This document shows positions 34,107-47,130 of a DNA stretch of 64,000 bases, piece by piece (position 1 is the first letter of the stretch; every line of letters begins with the position of its first letter). Origin of the DNA: Nemertoderma westbladi. Its lineage: Eukaryota > Animalia > Xenacoelomorpha. The notes below the pieces were generated by a model. The model was given only the letters and a program-made list of their open reading frames with translations, did no database searches and was not told where the DNA came from. The translations under genes and the position numbers were made by a program. The stretch spans positions 62,001-126,000 of the forward strand of contig JAUCBJ010008389.1 of NCBI GenBank assembly GCA_032718475.1. Reading direction: 5' to 3'.

Positions 34107-34333
34107 TGTGGTAGTTCCCGTACGGAACAGTTTTGATACAGTACGGAACTATGTTGGTGGTGGTGTAAAAATATATACTGAGATAGTTAGCTTGATTAGG
34201 TCGTTGGACACAGATATGTCTGAGGCAGTACAATAGGCAGTACAGCAGTAATGAGAGATAACTGGCTAGTCTCAATAAAATAACAGATATTTTATTACTT
34301 AGTTTTCTCAGGTTATTACCAAATAACCACACA
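34107..34333 (+). repeat. 3' LTR
   Basis: Copy of 29035-29261 preceded by the PPT. Confidence 0.95.
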
Positions 34334-36138
34334 GTAGGTGTACGTGTAGGTAGGTGTACGTGTAGGTAAGTGTACGTGTAGGTAGGTGTACGTGTAGGTA
34401 GGTGTACGTGTAGGTACGTGTACGTGTAGGTAGGTGTACGTGTAGGTAGGTGTACGTGTAGGTAGGTGTACGTGTAGGTAGGTGTACGTGTAGGTAGGTG
34501 TACGTGTGGGTAGGTGTACGTGTAGGTAGGTGTACGTGTAGGTAGGTGTACGTGTAGGTAGGTGTACGTGTAGGTAGGTGTACGTGTAGGTAGGTGTACG
34601 TGTAGGTAGGTGTACGTGTAGGTAGGTGTACGTGTAGGTAAGTGTATGTGTAGGTAGGTGTATGTGTAGGTAGGTGTACGTGTAGGTAGGTGTACGTGTA
34701 GGTGGGTGTACGTGTAGGTAGCTGTACGTGTAGGTAGGTGTACGTGTAGGTAAGTGTACGTGTAGGTAGGTGTACGTGTAGGTAGGTGTACGTGTAGGTA
34801 CGTGTACGTGTAGGTAGGTGTACGTGTAGGTAGGTGTACGTGTAGGTAGGTGTACGTGTAGGTAGGTGTACGTGTAGGTAGGTGTACGTGTAGGTAGGTG
34901 TACGTGTGGGTAGGTGTACGTGTAGGTAGGTGTACGTGTAGGTAGGTGTACGTGTAGGTAGGTGTACGTGTAGGTAGGTGTACGTGTAGGTAGGTGTACG
35001 TGTAGGTAGGTGTACGTGTAGGTAGGTGTACGTGTAGGTAGGTGTACGTGTAGGTAAGTGTACGTGTAGGTAGGTGTACGTGTAGGTAGGTGTATGTGTA
35101 GGTACGTGTACGTGTAGGTAGGAGTACGTGTGTGTACGTGTAAGTAGGTGTACGTGTAAGTAGGTGTACGTGTAGGTAGGTGTACGTGTAGGTAGGTGTA
35201 CGTGTAGGTAGGTGTACGTGTAGGTATGTGTACGTGTAGGTAGGTGTACGTGTAGGTAGGTGTACGTGTAGGTAGGTGTACGTGTAGGTAGGTGTACGTG
35301 TAGGTAGGTGTACGTGTAGGTAGGTGTACGTGTAGGTAGGTGTACGTGTAGGTAGGTGTACGTGTAGGTAGCTGTACGTGTAGGTAGGTGTACGTGTAGG
35401 TAGGTGTACGTGTAGGTAGGTGTACGTGTAGGTAGGTGTACGTGTAGGTAGGTGTACGTGTAGGTAGGTGTACGTGTAGGTAGGTGTACGTGTAGGTAGG
35501 TGTACGTGTAGGTAGGTGTACGTGTAGGTAGGTGTACGTGTAGGTAGGTGTACGTGTAGGTAGGTGTACGTGTAGGTAGGTGTACGTGTAGGTAGGTGTA
35601 CGTGTAGGTAGGTGTACGTGTAGGTAGGTGTACGTGTAGGTAGGTGTACGTGTAGGTAGGTGTACGTGTAGGTAGGTGTACGTGTAGGTAGGTGTACGTG
35701 TAGGTAGGTGTACGTGTAGGTAGGTGTACGTGTAGGTAGGTGTACGTGTAGGTAGGTGTACGTGTAGGTAGGTGTACGTGTAGGTAGGTGTACGTGTAGG
35801 TAGGTGTACGTGTAGGTAGGTGTACGTGTAGGTAGGTGTACGTGTAGGTAGGTGTACGTGTAGGTAGGTGTACGTGTAGGTAGGTGTACGTGTAGGTAGC
35901 TGTACGTGTAGGTAGGTGTACGTGTAGGTAGGTGTACGTGTAGGTAGGTGTACGTGTAGGTAGGTGTACGTGTAGGTAGGTGTACGTGTAGGTAGGTGTA
36001 CGTGTAGGTAGGTGTACGTGTAGGTAGGTGTACGTGTGTGTACGTGTAGGTAGGTGTACGTGTAGGTAGGTGTACGTGTGTGTACGTGTAGGTAGGTGTA
36101 CGTGTAGGTAGGTGTACGTGTAGGTGGGTGTACGTGTA
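34334..36138. repeat. 16-bp satellite (GTAGGTAGGTGTACGT)n, right block
   Basis: Same unit and orientation as 22027-26984. A short remnant also lies at 28972-29034. Confidence 0.98.
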
Positions 36139-36995
36139 GTAATATTGACAGTAATATAAAGTAATATTGACAAATTAGTGCCTAGAAGTAAAAATTTTAC
36201 TGTAAACTGTGTTCCTAAATTTAGTTTATTGTTTTGGTTGGAAAAGCCTGCCACAATAACCTGCTACTTTCTTTTAAAAGTTATCTTAAATGGTGAATAT
36301 CAAAATTAAATATTCGCTAAATTAAGTTAATATGTTAAAATATGCTAAAACGATACCCCAATTGGTAATATGCGTTCAGGAGAGCCTAAAAAAGATATGG
36401 AGAGAGATAGGGCCTTTCTGCAGTGAAATATTGCCCAATAGGTTAATTGAAATTCACTCTATTACGCAATAATCATCACTTCCCATTGGTTAAAGTGTTC
36501 AAAACTTCACCAGCTCATAGAGTAATAAAGTAAAATCCGATAAAAATCGACTTAGGGCCTTTATGACACTTTCGCACATATCCTGACATACACGTACAGT
36601 CGTACACACAGTTCGTTAAATCGGCACCATTATTGTTATGATAATCTGGAATGTATTATTTATTACTAACAATTAATACCCGAGAGTAGTTTATGCCAAA
36701 TATTGAGCTAATTTCCACGCCCAACAGTGTGTAGTTACATCATACACTGAGAGTCAAAGGAGTGAGTTGATACAATTTACGAAATAATATCAACTAAATA
36801 TTCTTAATCTTTTACAATGTTATTTGATCGAGTGAGGCGGTTTTCGAGATTATAATTCAACAGGCAACACTTTAACATTTATCGCCAATAATAAAATACA
36901 CTGTATTATTCGCCTAAAAAATCGAACATTAACTGCATAAAATGATTAAAATACAAAATATTGCATAATGATTATATCAAAATTAAAAATAATAT

Positions 36996-37026
<31 letters not shown>

Positions 37027-37307
37027 TGGATGAAACAACACTGTGTACAGATAAGAAATCACCGATAATAATATCTTTTTGCACAAAAAGTAACTCAAAT
37101 TCGTTTATAATACATTATATAAAAAAATACTTCATACGTAATTAACAAGTGCGGTGTGATTATACGCGTAACATGTGAGATATTATGTATTTATTATGCA
37201 TAATGTGTGCGTATGACAGCCACAGTATGATGTATTGTAACAACATTTACTGGTTATTTAATACAATTTAATACAACCTATAATCTATAAGATAACAACA
37301 CTTTAGT

Positions 37308-39996
37308 TCAATAATAAATGTATTCCCAATCGGTATGACCTGGGAGACGACGCATTCCAATTGGGCGTCCCATCTCCGGCGGCAAACCGAATAACTCCCT
37401 GAGTTCGGAATTCGTAAAAAATGGCGGATTAAAGGCGGGCTGCAATCGGCTATCTACGATATGGTTGCGGGAGACCGCGTGGATATCCGTGTTGGAGACG
37501 GCGTTGCCTTTAGGAGTACGGCAGCGTCTGGGACGGCCGCGGCGGCGAGGGACGGGGTCGTATCGGGGTGGGACGGGGTCGTATCGGGGCGGGACGGGGT
37601 CGCATCGGGGCGGGACGGGGTCGTATCGGGGCGGGACGGGGTCGTATCGGGGTGGGACGGGGTCGTATCGGGGTGGGACGGGGTCGCATCTGGGTGGGAC
37701 GGTGTCGCATCTGGGTGGGACGGGGTCGCATCTGGGTGGGACAGGGTCGGTTAGCGGCTGGACGATAGGCGATGGGTCCGCGGACACCGTGCGACTACGC
37801 AACCCGTTAGAGACACTGCCCTGGGCCCGCATTAACTCGTGTCGCAGAGCCGTTCTACAAGGGAGACCCCGAAGCCGTTTAAATATACTAAAACTCCTGC
37901 GTTTATTAACCGCGCTCTTCTTAACCGTTTTGCCAGTATCAATAAGTTTGGGACCTTGAGTGTGAGTGCTGCCAGTGTCTCCAGTCTCTAGTACAACATC
38001 ATTTGTAATATTTCCAGAATCTTTGCATTCATTACTATTTTCAGTATGTTTTATAGTATCACTACACCTTTTGCTCTTTAGGTTATTGCCACTTAACCGT
38101 TTTGACTTCGAACGACTTCCAGACAACTTGGTTGTCTCATACAGGATAGCGTTTCTGCAGGGCAGATTGCGCAATCGTTTAAATATACTAGAACCCCAGC
38201 GTTTATTAACCGCGCTCTTCTTATTAGGTGCCGACTTGAGTTCATCACATGATCCCCAAGTCTCAGTCATGTAACTTGTATTTCCTCCACGCTCCTTCAG
38301 TATTGCATTACTTCCAGACCCATTGAGTGACATAGTCTTACCAATAGAGCCGGTACCTTCAATATCGTCACCAGAATCTTTGAGTACGTCATCATTAACA
38401 CCAGACTTGTTACTAACATCATTAACACCAGACTTGCTACTAACATCATTACCACCAGATAGTTCGCACTCATCGTTACCAACACCCACCTTAACATCTC
38501 TATTGTCACCAGAATTGCGGCATCCACTATCATCTCCATATTTATGAACTTCACGATTATTACCGTGCGATAGTTTGAGTCCCGTACTGTTGCTACACGA
38601 CAGTTTGAGTCCCGTACTGTTGCTACACGACAGTTTGAGTCCCGTACTGTTGCTACACGACAGTTTGAGTCCCGTACTGTTGCTACACGACAGTTTGGGC
38701 GTCTTATTATCACCGGATAACTGACGGTTCCCAGACAATTGGCGTTTCCTCCCAGATCTCTCACACTGTTTCCTCTCGCTACAGGATTTGTCTCTCCGCT
38801 CCTTGTTCCCCCCTATTCCACTAAGAATCGCGTTTCTCACAGAAGAAACTTCCACGTTGTTCGAGTAGAACTTACGCGAACTAATCGAAGGCAATGGCGA
38901 CGTAGGTTGCCATGACAGCGAGCCGACCTCGGCAGGGCAAGATACAGATAACGGAGATGAGGAATGGGGCAAGGATGGAGAGCGAATCGTTAAATCCACG
39001 TGACTCGAAGATAACAACCCATTTATCGAAAAGTCGCTCATTTGATAGATTTCTTTTCCGACAAACTGAGAACCTTTGGGTTTACGGGATAAACATTCCG
39101 ATGAATATATAGTTTCGATTTTGTCGTAGAATCTTGTCCGCTTCACACGTTTCTTATAGGAAGTTTGCGGCTCACGGCGTAACACTGAGGAAGACGGTTC
39201 CGGTACCGGTAGTACAGGAGACACCGTTATCGGAGACAACGACGTTGGAGTCGGAGATTCAGGTAAAGTTGAGTACGAAAGGGAGGGCGAACCGGGCCAC
39301 GCAGTACCTGGAGTGCTTGTGTGGGGTTGGGTGGTGGTCCTTGTCGGTGGTGGCAACGATTGTTGAGGAGGTGGTGTCGTGGTGTTAGGTCCCTTAGGGG
39401 TTGTCTGCTGCCGATGATTGGGATTCGTGGTGGTCCCTGATGTAGTTTGGAGTGTCTGGCCTGGAGACTGTAGTTTGACGGGGTAGGGAATACGGGATAT
39501 GGCGACCGTGCAGTGGGACCTGCTAGGGCGTGGTGACGTCCGATCGGGTCGGGAGGGACCCGGGACCTTCTCCCCCGGTGAGAGAACCCGTGGACATTCA
39601 TCCAGCGGTTCGGGGAGTGGCGGGTGATCCAGCGACGATTGGAGTAGTGGCGGGTGATCCAGCGTCGATTGGAGTAGTGGCGGGTGATCCAGCGACGATT
39701 GGAGTAGTGGCGGGTGATCCTGATCGAGTGATGGGTGGAGAAGTGGCGGGTGATCCTGATCGAGTGATGGGTGGAGATGTGGCGGGTGATCCTGATCGAG
39801 TGATGGGTGGAGAAGTGGCGGGTGATCCTGATCGAGTGATGGGTGGAGAAGTGGCGGGTGTGATGGTATGTTACGACACGATGTATGACGACCTACAGGC
39901 GAACTGGTGGTGGAATCGGGACTGACAGGAGAGTCGGGCTGAGCGGGGGGGCGAACCCCTATGTGGCGTCGCGAACCAGGTTGTTGGGGAGTAGTT
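37308..39996 (-). CDS. Large terminal exon of an unidentified low-complexity protein with a C-terminal AT-hook
   Basis: ~2.7-kb stop-free frame, GC-richer than its flanks. Acceptor ttgttccAG ends at 39997. RRRGRPRR AT-hook, several in-frame repeat blocks, and unique C-terminus FNPPFFTNSELRELFGLPP...DWEYIYY. Confidence 0.7.
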
Positions 39997-40297
39997 CTGG
40001 AACAACAATTATTAAACAACAATTATTAAACAACAATTATTAAACAACAATTATTAAACAACAATTATTATTATTGTAATTAATTAATTAGTAAGTTTAT
40101 TAGGGGCAGTAGTAGAGCATGTCCTGATATAGAGCAGTCCCTGGTAAGGTTTATGGGGTATATAATGCTACGCTTACTTAATAAAAGAGGACTTGTACAA
40201 TTGTACATGTAGTCACTGATAATTGCAATAACCCAGTATCAACCCACCGAACCAACGCCCCCCCCCCCCCCCCCCCATCGCATCTTTAAAAACTTAC

Positions 40298-40496
40298 CCG
40301 GAACCAGTGGCCACCGATATTGGATACAGTTGTGAATCTTGAAGGGACCACAAGCTCTCAGTACTGTCGTCTGTTCTATCGCTCTGGATAAAGGTATCTG
40401 GGTTGGCTACCATTGCGGCTTCTAGAAACTCCGTTGTTATCTCGTCAGATCTCGAAATTGTCTCCTGTGGGTAACACGATAGAAAACATTTTAATT
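40298..40496 (-). CDS. Probable upstream exon of the 37308-39996 gene
   Basis: Acceptor ttctAG (40497) and donor GG|GTAAGT (40297). A phase-2 join across the 301-bp intron gives ...VATGSG-TTPQQPG..., in frame with the long ORF. Confidence 0.6.
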
Positions 40497-40711
40497 CTAG
40501 AACCACATACTAACCTAACAGATATAGATTAGATATAGACTTAGACTTGGTAACCTTCCAATAGCCAGAGCTCCACGCCGAGGAGAAGTTACTAATAGTC
40601 GAGTCAATCTAGCAAAAAACCCACAAGTATTTCGCAATCAGTCCGAACCATATATTTTGGATTCTATATTACCTTGTTAATGACCAATTATGTTTAAATT
40701 TGTTTGAATTC

Positions 40712-40813
40712 AAAAAACAAAAAGCAAACAGTCGGCCGAAGCCGGAGGCGACCCGAAGGCTCCTCTTTCGATAGCTGCTACCCGAGGGTAGGGGTGGGCG
40801 CTACTCCTATCCC
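40712..40813 (-). mobile_element. Possible SINE 3'-end fragment
   Basis: ggcgacccgaaggctcctctttcgatagctgctacc...ggggtgggcgctactcct resembles, from memory, the 3' part of invertebrate tRNA-derived SINEs, next to a simple tail. Not verified. Confidence 0.35.
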
Positions 40814-40876
40814 AATGTATGATATGATCCTTTGGGATTCATCACTGTAGTTGGTAAGTAAGAGTTGGTACAGTGA

Positions 40877-41366
40877 ATGATTACTGCCAGACTGTATTGT
40901 ATAATAATGTCCCACAATTGTATATCAACACCGACACACAACCACTTCTCTGAACTTGCTGATTCGATTGAGGCAACTAGAGAAGCCATCAATAATGAAA
41001 TATATACTATCAGTGATAATATAAAGATCGTTGATAAAACCCTCTCGAATCCTCCAGCGCCTATAAACCTACTGGCTGCAGCAAAAGCGATCACTCCCTT
41101 ATAGAAATAATCTCTTAGGAAGTTTATAAGGGTATCAACCATGACATCGAGAACCTCCGTGACCGACTGAGCAGATCAATGGAGGTTCTAGTCTAGATAA
41201 ACTAAACGATCGTATCGCCAAGAGCGACCTGGCAGTCAATAACCTTGAGCAGTATTCGAGAAAAAACTGCATCTTAATCCGCGGAATTTGTCTTCCATCT
41301 GATAAGGATGATGTTGATGGACCTGCGAAATACGTTACGGTGTTTCTTAAAGAGAAGTTAAACACT
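40877..41366 (+). pseudogene. Decayed LINE ORF1 fragment (coiled-coil + LEQYSRKN motif; CR1/L2/Crack-type ORF1)
   Basis: Frame from ~41196 reads DKLNDRIAKSDLAVNNLEQYSRKNCILIRGI...FLKEKLNT and is cut exactly at the Maverick terminus. Confidence 0.65.
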
Positions 41367-41584
41367 AGTAGTATGGTAAACAGCTGAAATAAAACAGCGT
41401 CTGCCATAGTCTACCATGTTAAAGAATTTGCCGAACGGCTCTTGCCCCGCCTACTTACTATGATTACCATTGTTGCCCCACCCACTTACTATGGTTACCA
41501 TGGTTACCATTGTGCATATGTAACATATGTCACCACTGTGTATATGTGACATATGCGGTATAAGGCCAGTTCGCAGACGGAAGT

Positions 41585-43476
41585 AATTTAATTAATTCGT
41601 GTCTACCGGTTGGCGTTTGACCTTGAACCGCAATAGGTAAAACCCAATATAGTAAGTGGGTTGCAGACGTTTGTTATAAAGTCTTTAACATGATTTCGTG
41701 ATTTGATGAAAAAATGGGGGCGAGCCATGAAGCGAGTGAAGCCTTAGCATATGGGTTAAGGTTATAGTATTTATAATATTATTTTAATTTGATTATTCTA
41801 CCTATGGGGCGAGCCATGAAGTGAGTGATAGCATCGAAGTAAGGTTATGACGCAACAACTAAAAAAGGTAAATAAACACAGACTTATGGGGCGAGCCATG
41901 AAGTGAGTGATTGGCGTTTGACCTTGAACCGCAATAGGTAAAACCCAATATAGTAAGTGGGTTGCAGACGTTTGTTATAAAGTCTTTAACATGATTTCGT
42001 GATTTGATGAAAAATGGGGGCGAGCCATGAAGCGAGTGAAGCCTTAGCATATGGGTTAAGGTTATAGTATTTATAATATTATTTTAATTTGATTATTCTA
42101 CCTATGGGGCGAGCCATGAAGTGAGTGATAGCATCGAAGTAAGGTTATGACGCAACAACTAAAAGAGGTAAATAAACACAGACTTATGGGGCGAGCCATG
42201 AAGTGAGTGATTGGCGTTTGACCTTGAACCGCAATAGGTAAAACCCAATATAGTAAGTGGGTTACAGACGTTTGTTATAAAGTCTTTAACATGATTTCGT
42301 GATTTGATGAAAAAATGGGGCGAGCCATGAAGCGAGTGAAGCCTTAGCATATGGGTTAAGGTTATAGTATTTATAATATTATTTTAATTTGATTATTCTA
42401 CTTATGGGGCGAGCCATGAAGTGAGTGATAGCATCGAAGTAAGGTTATGACGCAACAACTAAAAAAGGTTTAAAAATTTCTCCCACCACCTCACCCGCTT
42501 ATCCCGCTATCACCATCCGCCTAGTCTTCTTCCTCATCCTCAGCATCATTACCACCACCACCATCACCCAACATCCCCATCATTCCTTCCAACATTGAAA
42601 AAATGGGGCGAGCCATGAAGCGAGTGAAGCCTTAGCATATGGGTGCCATTAATGAGTAGTGGGGCGAGCTACGACGAAGTAAGGTTATTGTATTTATAAT
42701 ATTATCATTATACCAACAAATATTTCAACCGATAATTAATTATACCAACAAATAATTTAACAAATTTATAATTTTCTACCACAAAATAATAATAATTATT
42801 TAACCATGTCTGACTCGTTACAGAGACACCACCTACGAACGCGACCTATTTATAATAATAAAGTTTCTACCGCTCGAAATATTCACACTGAATGTTTAAT
42901 CTTCTTTATTTGAGGTATGTTTTCATCATCCACGATGTCCTCTTCAAAGTCGCTGATATCTTCATACTCATAGCTAGGTGTTTTATTCACGACGAGATCA
43001 ATTTTTCGCTTAAGCGCTTGTTCTTTCATGGCTTTAGGTGTTTTCATCTTCATCTGAGCGCTCACACCCCCAACGAGGGTATCAATATCCTTATAATCAT
43101 TCCTTTTTTCAGCGCTGCCTCTTAGTTCACTTTCCGCAATCGTTGGCAACCAGATTTTTTTCTTACCTATTTTCTTAGCGGTGACTTTTACTGCCTCGGA
43201 CGTCTGCAGCTGTCTAGCGTTGTTCAGCATTTCCACTTTCATGGGTTCCTCGCCCGCTAATTCATCAATCGCAGCCTCAACAACTAACTTTTTAATCGGT
43301 AGAAAGTCACACCCAGTCGGAATATAGTGGCCCGCGTACTTCTGTAATTCCTTAATTATCTTGACATTTGCGTTGTTTCGAGGGATGAAAATAACCTTGG
43401 TGTCGAAGTTGTGGGACAAATATATCCCGTTTTCGTTAACGATCGATGTGTACCTTATACTAACCTCGTCGATATT
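41585..43476. repeat. Left arm of long inverted repeat (includes ~2.9 copies of a 300-bp tandem unit, 41609-42469)
   Basis: Outer visible match aatttaattaattcg(t/c)gtctaccggttggcg; inner boundary ...ctcgtcgatatt. Repeat-derived ORFs at 41859 and 42159 are exactly 300 bp apart. Confidence 0.95.
42883..43476 (-). pseudogene. 5'-truncated inverted copy of the 3' half of the Maverick terminal gene (61165-62420)
   Basis: 178-aa ORF nearly identical to 61884-62420, differing at a handful of residues. Confidence 0.85.
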
Positions 43477-43906
43477 ATCAATAAAAATAATGAAACTGAC
43501 TCATTTTTAAAACTATATGGCAGTGTGGGCCATCCCAATAAAAAGAAACGCCGCGAACAGCGTCGAGTTTATTTCAAAGTTGGCGATAAAGTGCGTCTGA
43601 GTTTAACCGCGACGCCATTTTCCAAAGGATATACACCTAACTATACCCGGGAAATTTTCGAAATTTCTAGAATACGGATGGATCGAGAGCCGTACCCTAT
43701 GTACGAAGTTATGGATGTGAATAGGCGTGTTATTAAAGGGACATTTTATCAATATGAAATGAAAAAGTTGAAAGAACCGTTTGAGTTCTTACCAATTGAA
43801 AAAGTAATCAAGGAAAAAGTAATAAACAAAAAAAACAGGGAAAAAACAATACCTGGTAAAATTCGTTGGTTATGCGAAGCACCGGTGGGTTGATAGGATA
43901 CAATAA
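43477..43906 (+). pseudogene. Polinton/Maverick integrase C-terminal region + chromodomain (catalytic core missing, frameshifted)
   Basis: FKVGDKVRLS...FSKGYTPNYTREIFEI...YEVMD...IKGTFYQYEM, then IEKVIK and, after a frameshift in an A-run, YLVKFVGYAKHRW. Its stop overlaps the next ATG (TAATG, 43904-43908). Confidence 0.85.
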
Positions 43907-44764
43907 TGGATCGCTTACATTTGACATTGACTTCTGACGCCAGTCTAGATAAATATCCTAACAACACCCTGAGCGATTTTACAATTGAATTGTCCAAACC
44001 TATTCCCATTACCACGGATTGGGTTGTGGGCCTAAAAGAAATACAATATGTATCAACTTATAGGAATATTGAGCAAAGATCCGGAATTAAAATTGGCGAA
44101 TACATGGAAGATGCGGATATACCATTCCATATTGCTCCATATAATCTTATTGAAATCGATCTTAATCATGGGCTGTATGCTTCCGTTGAGTCAATTATAA
44201 ATTATATTACCGTATATTTGAAAAAAAATTCCATAGCACATCATGGTTTCTCCGATGTTAAGTTTAATTATCACAAGCACACATCGAAAATACATTTGCA
44301 TTCTATGAAAGGACGCTATTTCCAATTCTACGGGGATTTAATAAATATATTTGGCTTATCGTCTTTAAAAAAAATAACATACTTGGTCTTGACGCGTTTT
44401 GGTCAATACATTACAACCCAGAAGACAACTTACTAAGTTTAGGCTCTAGAAATTCAGACAAAAATGGAATTGACTTTCCCGAACCCTGCGATATAACGAG
44501 GGATAGACATACAATGTTTATATATACAGATATAATTGAATCTTCCCACGTGGGGCATTCTATGGTTCCTCTGTTGCGGATAATCCCGTTAAAATGGGCA
44601 ACCATACTCATTTATAAGTCAAGAGTTCGAAGACACTCATTACAAACAGTTAAAAATCAAAAATTTGTTAATACAATTAGTATAACGCTTCGCGATCAGA
44701 AAGGAAAGCATATAGTGTTTCACGGTGGTAAAACAATTTTAGTTCTAGAACTAAAAAAAACAGG
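43906..44764 (+). pseudogene. Polinton minor capsid protein (penton), frameshifted
   Basis: N-terminal LTLTSDAS...YPNNTLSDFTIELSKPI...WVVGLKEIQY and C-terminal FIYTDIIESSHVGHSMVPLLRII...ISITLRDQKGKHIVF...TILVLELKK match the Polinton penton pattern. Confidence 0.8.
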
Positions 44765-47130
44765 AACAGATTTCACGCTGAATTCTGAACTGTCTATAAC
44801 ACTTGACAGTGAACATACCCTAGTATTATTTGGAGCAGAGGTTGTTACTGCTAATGACTTAATTTCTTTGAAATAACATGTCGATACATTGTGCTCATTG
44901 ACTGTCTTATTTGGCCATGTGACTTCGCCCCCCCTAGACTCAGAAATTTGGGGGCATGTCTCCAAATATTTGAGTTTATTAATTGTTCTGCTGACAGACC
45001 TCTCGTTGGAATATCAGCCGGGTTCATTGAACCTGGACAGTGTCACCATTGGGCATTTAACTCGTTTGTTAATTTACGAATTTCTGCTAGGCGATTTTGA
45101 ACAAACTGCTTACAGTTTTGGTTAGTTGATTTTATCAAACACAAAACGTCGTAAGCGTCAGCTATCCACAAGTATACAGTACATTTTGTTGTTGAAAATC
45201 GTAGTCCTGTAAATGTGAACTTTGTTAATCTAGTCAAGATTAACGCCCCTAATAATTCTAGTCTGGGTATTGACTGTTTAGCCAGCGGGCATACTTTTGA
45301 CTTGGCCGACAAAAGTGTGACGCTGACTGATGTATCAGAGTATTCTGCTCTGATGTATGTAACAGCCGCATATAATTGTTTACTTGCATCGGAGAACCCG
45401 CGCAATTGAATGGATACAATTTTTCGTGTTGTATTGAATAGACATCTGTTAATTTCGAAATGCCTGAGAACTAAAAGTCCATCAACCCATTTCATCCACA
45501 ATGGAAGAAGGAGTGAAGGAATTTTCATCCCATTCAACCTTTTCCTTTGCCAAAGTTTGTAGTGTCGCTTTCATTGGAGCAGTGTGTAAGGTGCGAGAAA
45601 CCCCAGTGGGTTGTAAATTCTTGCAATTAATTGCAGCACGCCCCTTTTTGATGGTGTAATGGTTCATATATATTTGCGAACACTACTTAGATCAAAACCT
45701 AATTTGTCATCATTTAGATGCCATAATTGCCCTAAAACGCGACTAGTGTTATTATTTTGTGGTTCAGGTTGTGCAATAGAAACTTTAGCATGTTTGAATA
45801 TCTTCAAGTTTGTTATCTGTACTATCTATAGGATTTTTTGTGATTACTATTTTTGCTAGTTTCTATTTGTTTCATTTCATTTTCTTCGGTTTGATTGAAA
45901 ATTTGTCTTAGTTCTTTATCGTTTGTTTTCCAACGACGAATATTAAAACCGTCTCTAGCTAAGATTGCCTTTGTCGCCAATTGGAGTTGTCGACCTTCTG
46001 ATATGTCATTGACCCCCGTATTTAAATCGTCTACATGCATATTATTGTCTTGTAGTTTAGGGATTGCAGTCGCTTCTGGAGTACTTGCGGATTTCGATTC
46101 TAATTGTAAGCGATGTTCTAACATGGCACTTAATATGTATTGTGACGACGTCAGACCGAAAGCTGCACCAGTGTATCTACATGCTTGGAGTTCTTGATTT
46201 TCTGAGTTTACATCTTTTATGTTTTTTATCCATAAAACGTAAATAGTTTCTGTCCGCTTGATCAATCTGACAACGCATAAATGCTTGTTCTTTATCGGCG
46301 CTTATTCCTATATTTTGGATGCGGAAATATAGTGAATTGCGGCATTTATAACGTTGTCATATCTTTCAAGGAGATCAGTTTTGATTAAACGCCGTAACAG
46401 CGATGATAGTTGCTTGGAGCAAAATGTGAAATGATCCAATAAACTTTCGGGATTAATTTTCCTCGGTATTCCTACTGAATATAGACCATCTATTTTTGTT
46501 ATATTTTCTATGATGTTTGTGGTTTTCTCATCAGCATCGTTTATTCCGATGCTTTCAAGTGACCAAAAATAATTCAACAAATTTATCAGATTATCATTGT
46601 TATTGTTAGTTTGTGATTTGTTCGACTCCATTGTTTGAGTTTCTATTAAGTTGCATGTAACATTGTTTGATTTGGTTAAATTTGTTGAACCATGAAAGTT
46701 TGTTCCATAAACTTTCCCTGATAGTAACCACCCTACTCCGCTGTCTATAGCTACGAAATTAGAGTCAGATGAGCGGATACAAGTACCGCTGGCAAACTCC
46801 CAGTAGTAGTCTGCCCCTACAAGTAGTTGTACTGGAAATGTATCATGTGAGTCTGACATTAATGTAGGATCTGCGAGATCTGTTGCCTTGAGTGAAAGTT
46901 TTGCTCTCCATTCACTAGAAGTTATATTATTTTGTAATGGCTCACATATTTTTGGTACAACAACTGCTTCTATAGCAGCAATTGACCCATTCCGCAACAA
47001 CAAGTTTACTTTGAATATCTGGTGATTTAGCGCAACCTTCTTGCCTCCACCAAATCCTTGAACGGACATTCTTTCTTATCCAATTGGCCTTAAATTATGC
47101 TCGTTAACAAATTCTTGTGTAATGAATGTC
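44765..47130 (-). mobile_element. Decayed BEL/Pao pol fragment (post-protease region, RT remnants, RNase H)
   Basis: VQGFGG...EAVVVPKICEPL...LLVGADYYWEF...GWLLSG...FWSLESIGI; AAFGLTSS...HVDDL...GFNIRRWKTN; GFSDAS...AKSKVCPL...SIPRLELLGA; NPADIPTRG. Many frameshifts. Confidence 0.9.

Larger units (their letters stand above)
29035..34333 (+). mobile_element. Full-length Ty3/gypsy LTR retrotransposon (Mag-like)
   Basis: 227-bp TG...CA LTRs (29035-29261, 34107-34333) with one visible mismatch. 5-bp TSD GTAGG (29030-29034, 34334-34338). PBS TGGCGCTGCGAG at 29262. PPT GAGGGAGGG at 34098-34106. Single gag-pol ORF. Confidence 0.97.

Noticed and set aside
22059-36254. Long ORFs of TYTYLHVHLPTRTP repeats (864, 941, 498, 648 aa)
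   Set aside because: Artefacts of the 16-bp satellite, whose C-rich strand lacks stop codons; all frames give the same peptide.
41859-42350. Repeated 63-aa ORFs (also at 62953-63844)
   Set aside because: By-products of the 300-bp tandem unit; lengths vary among copies.
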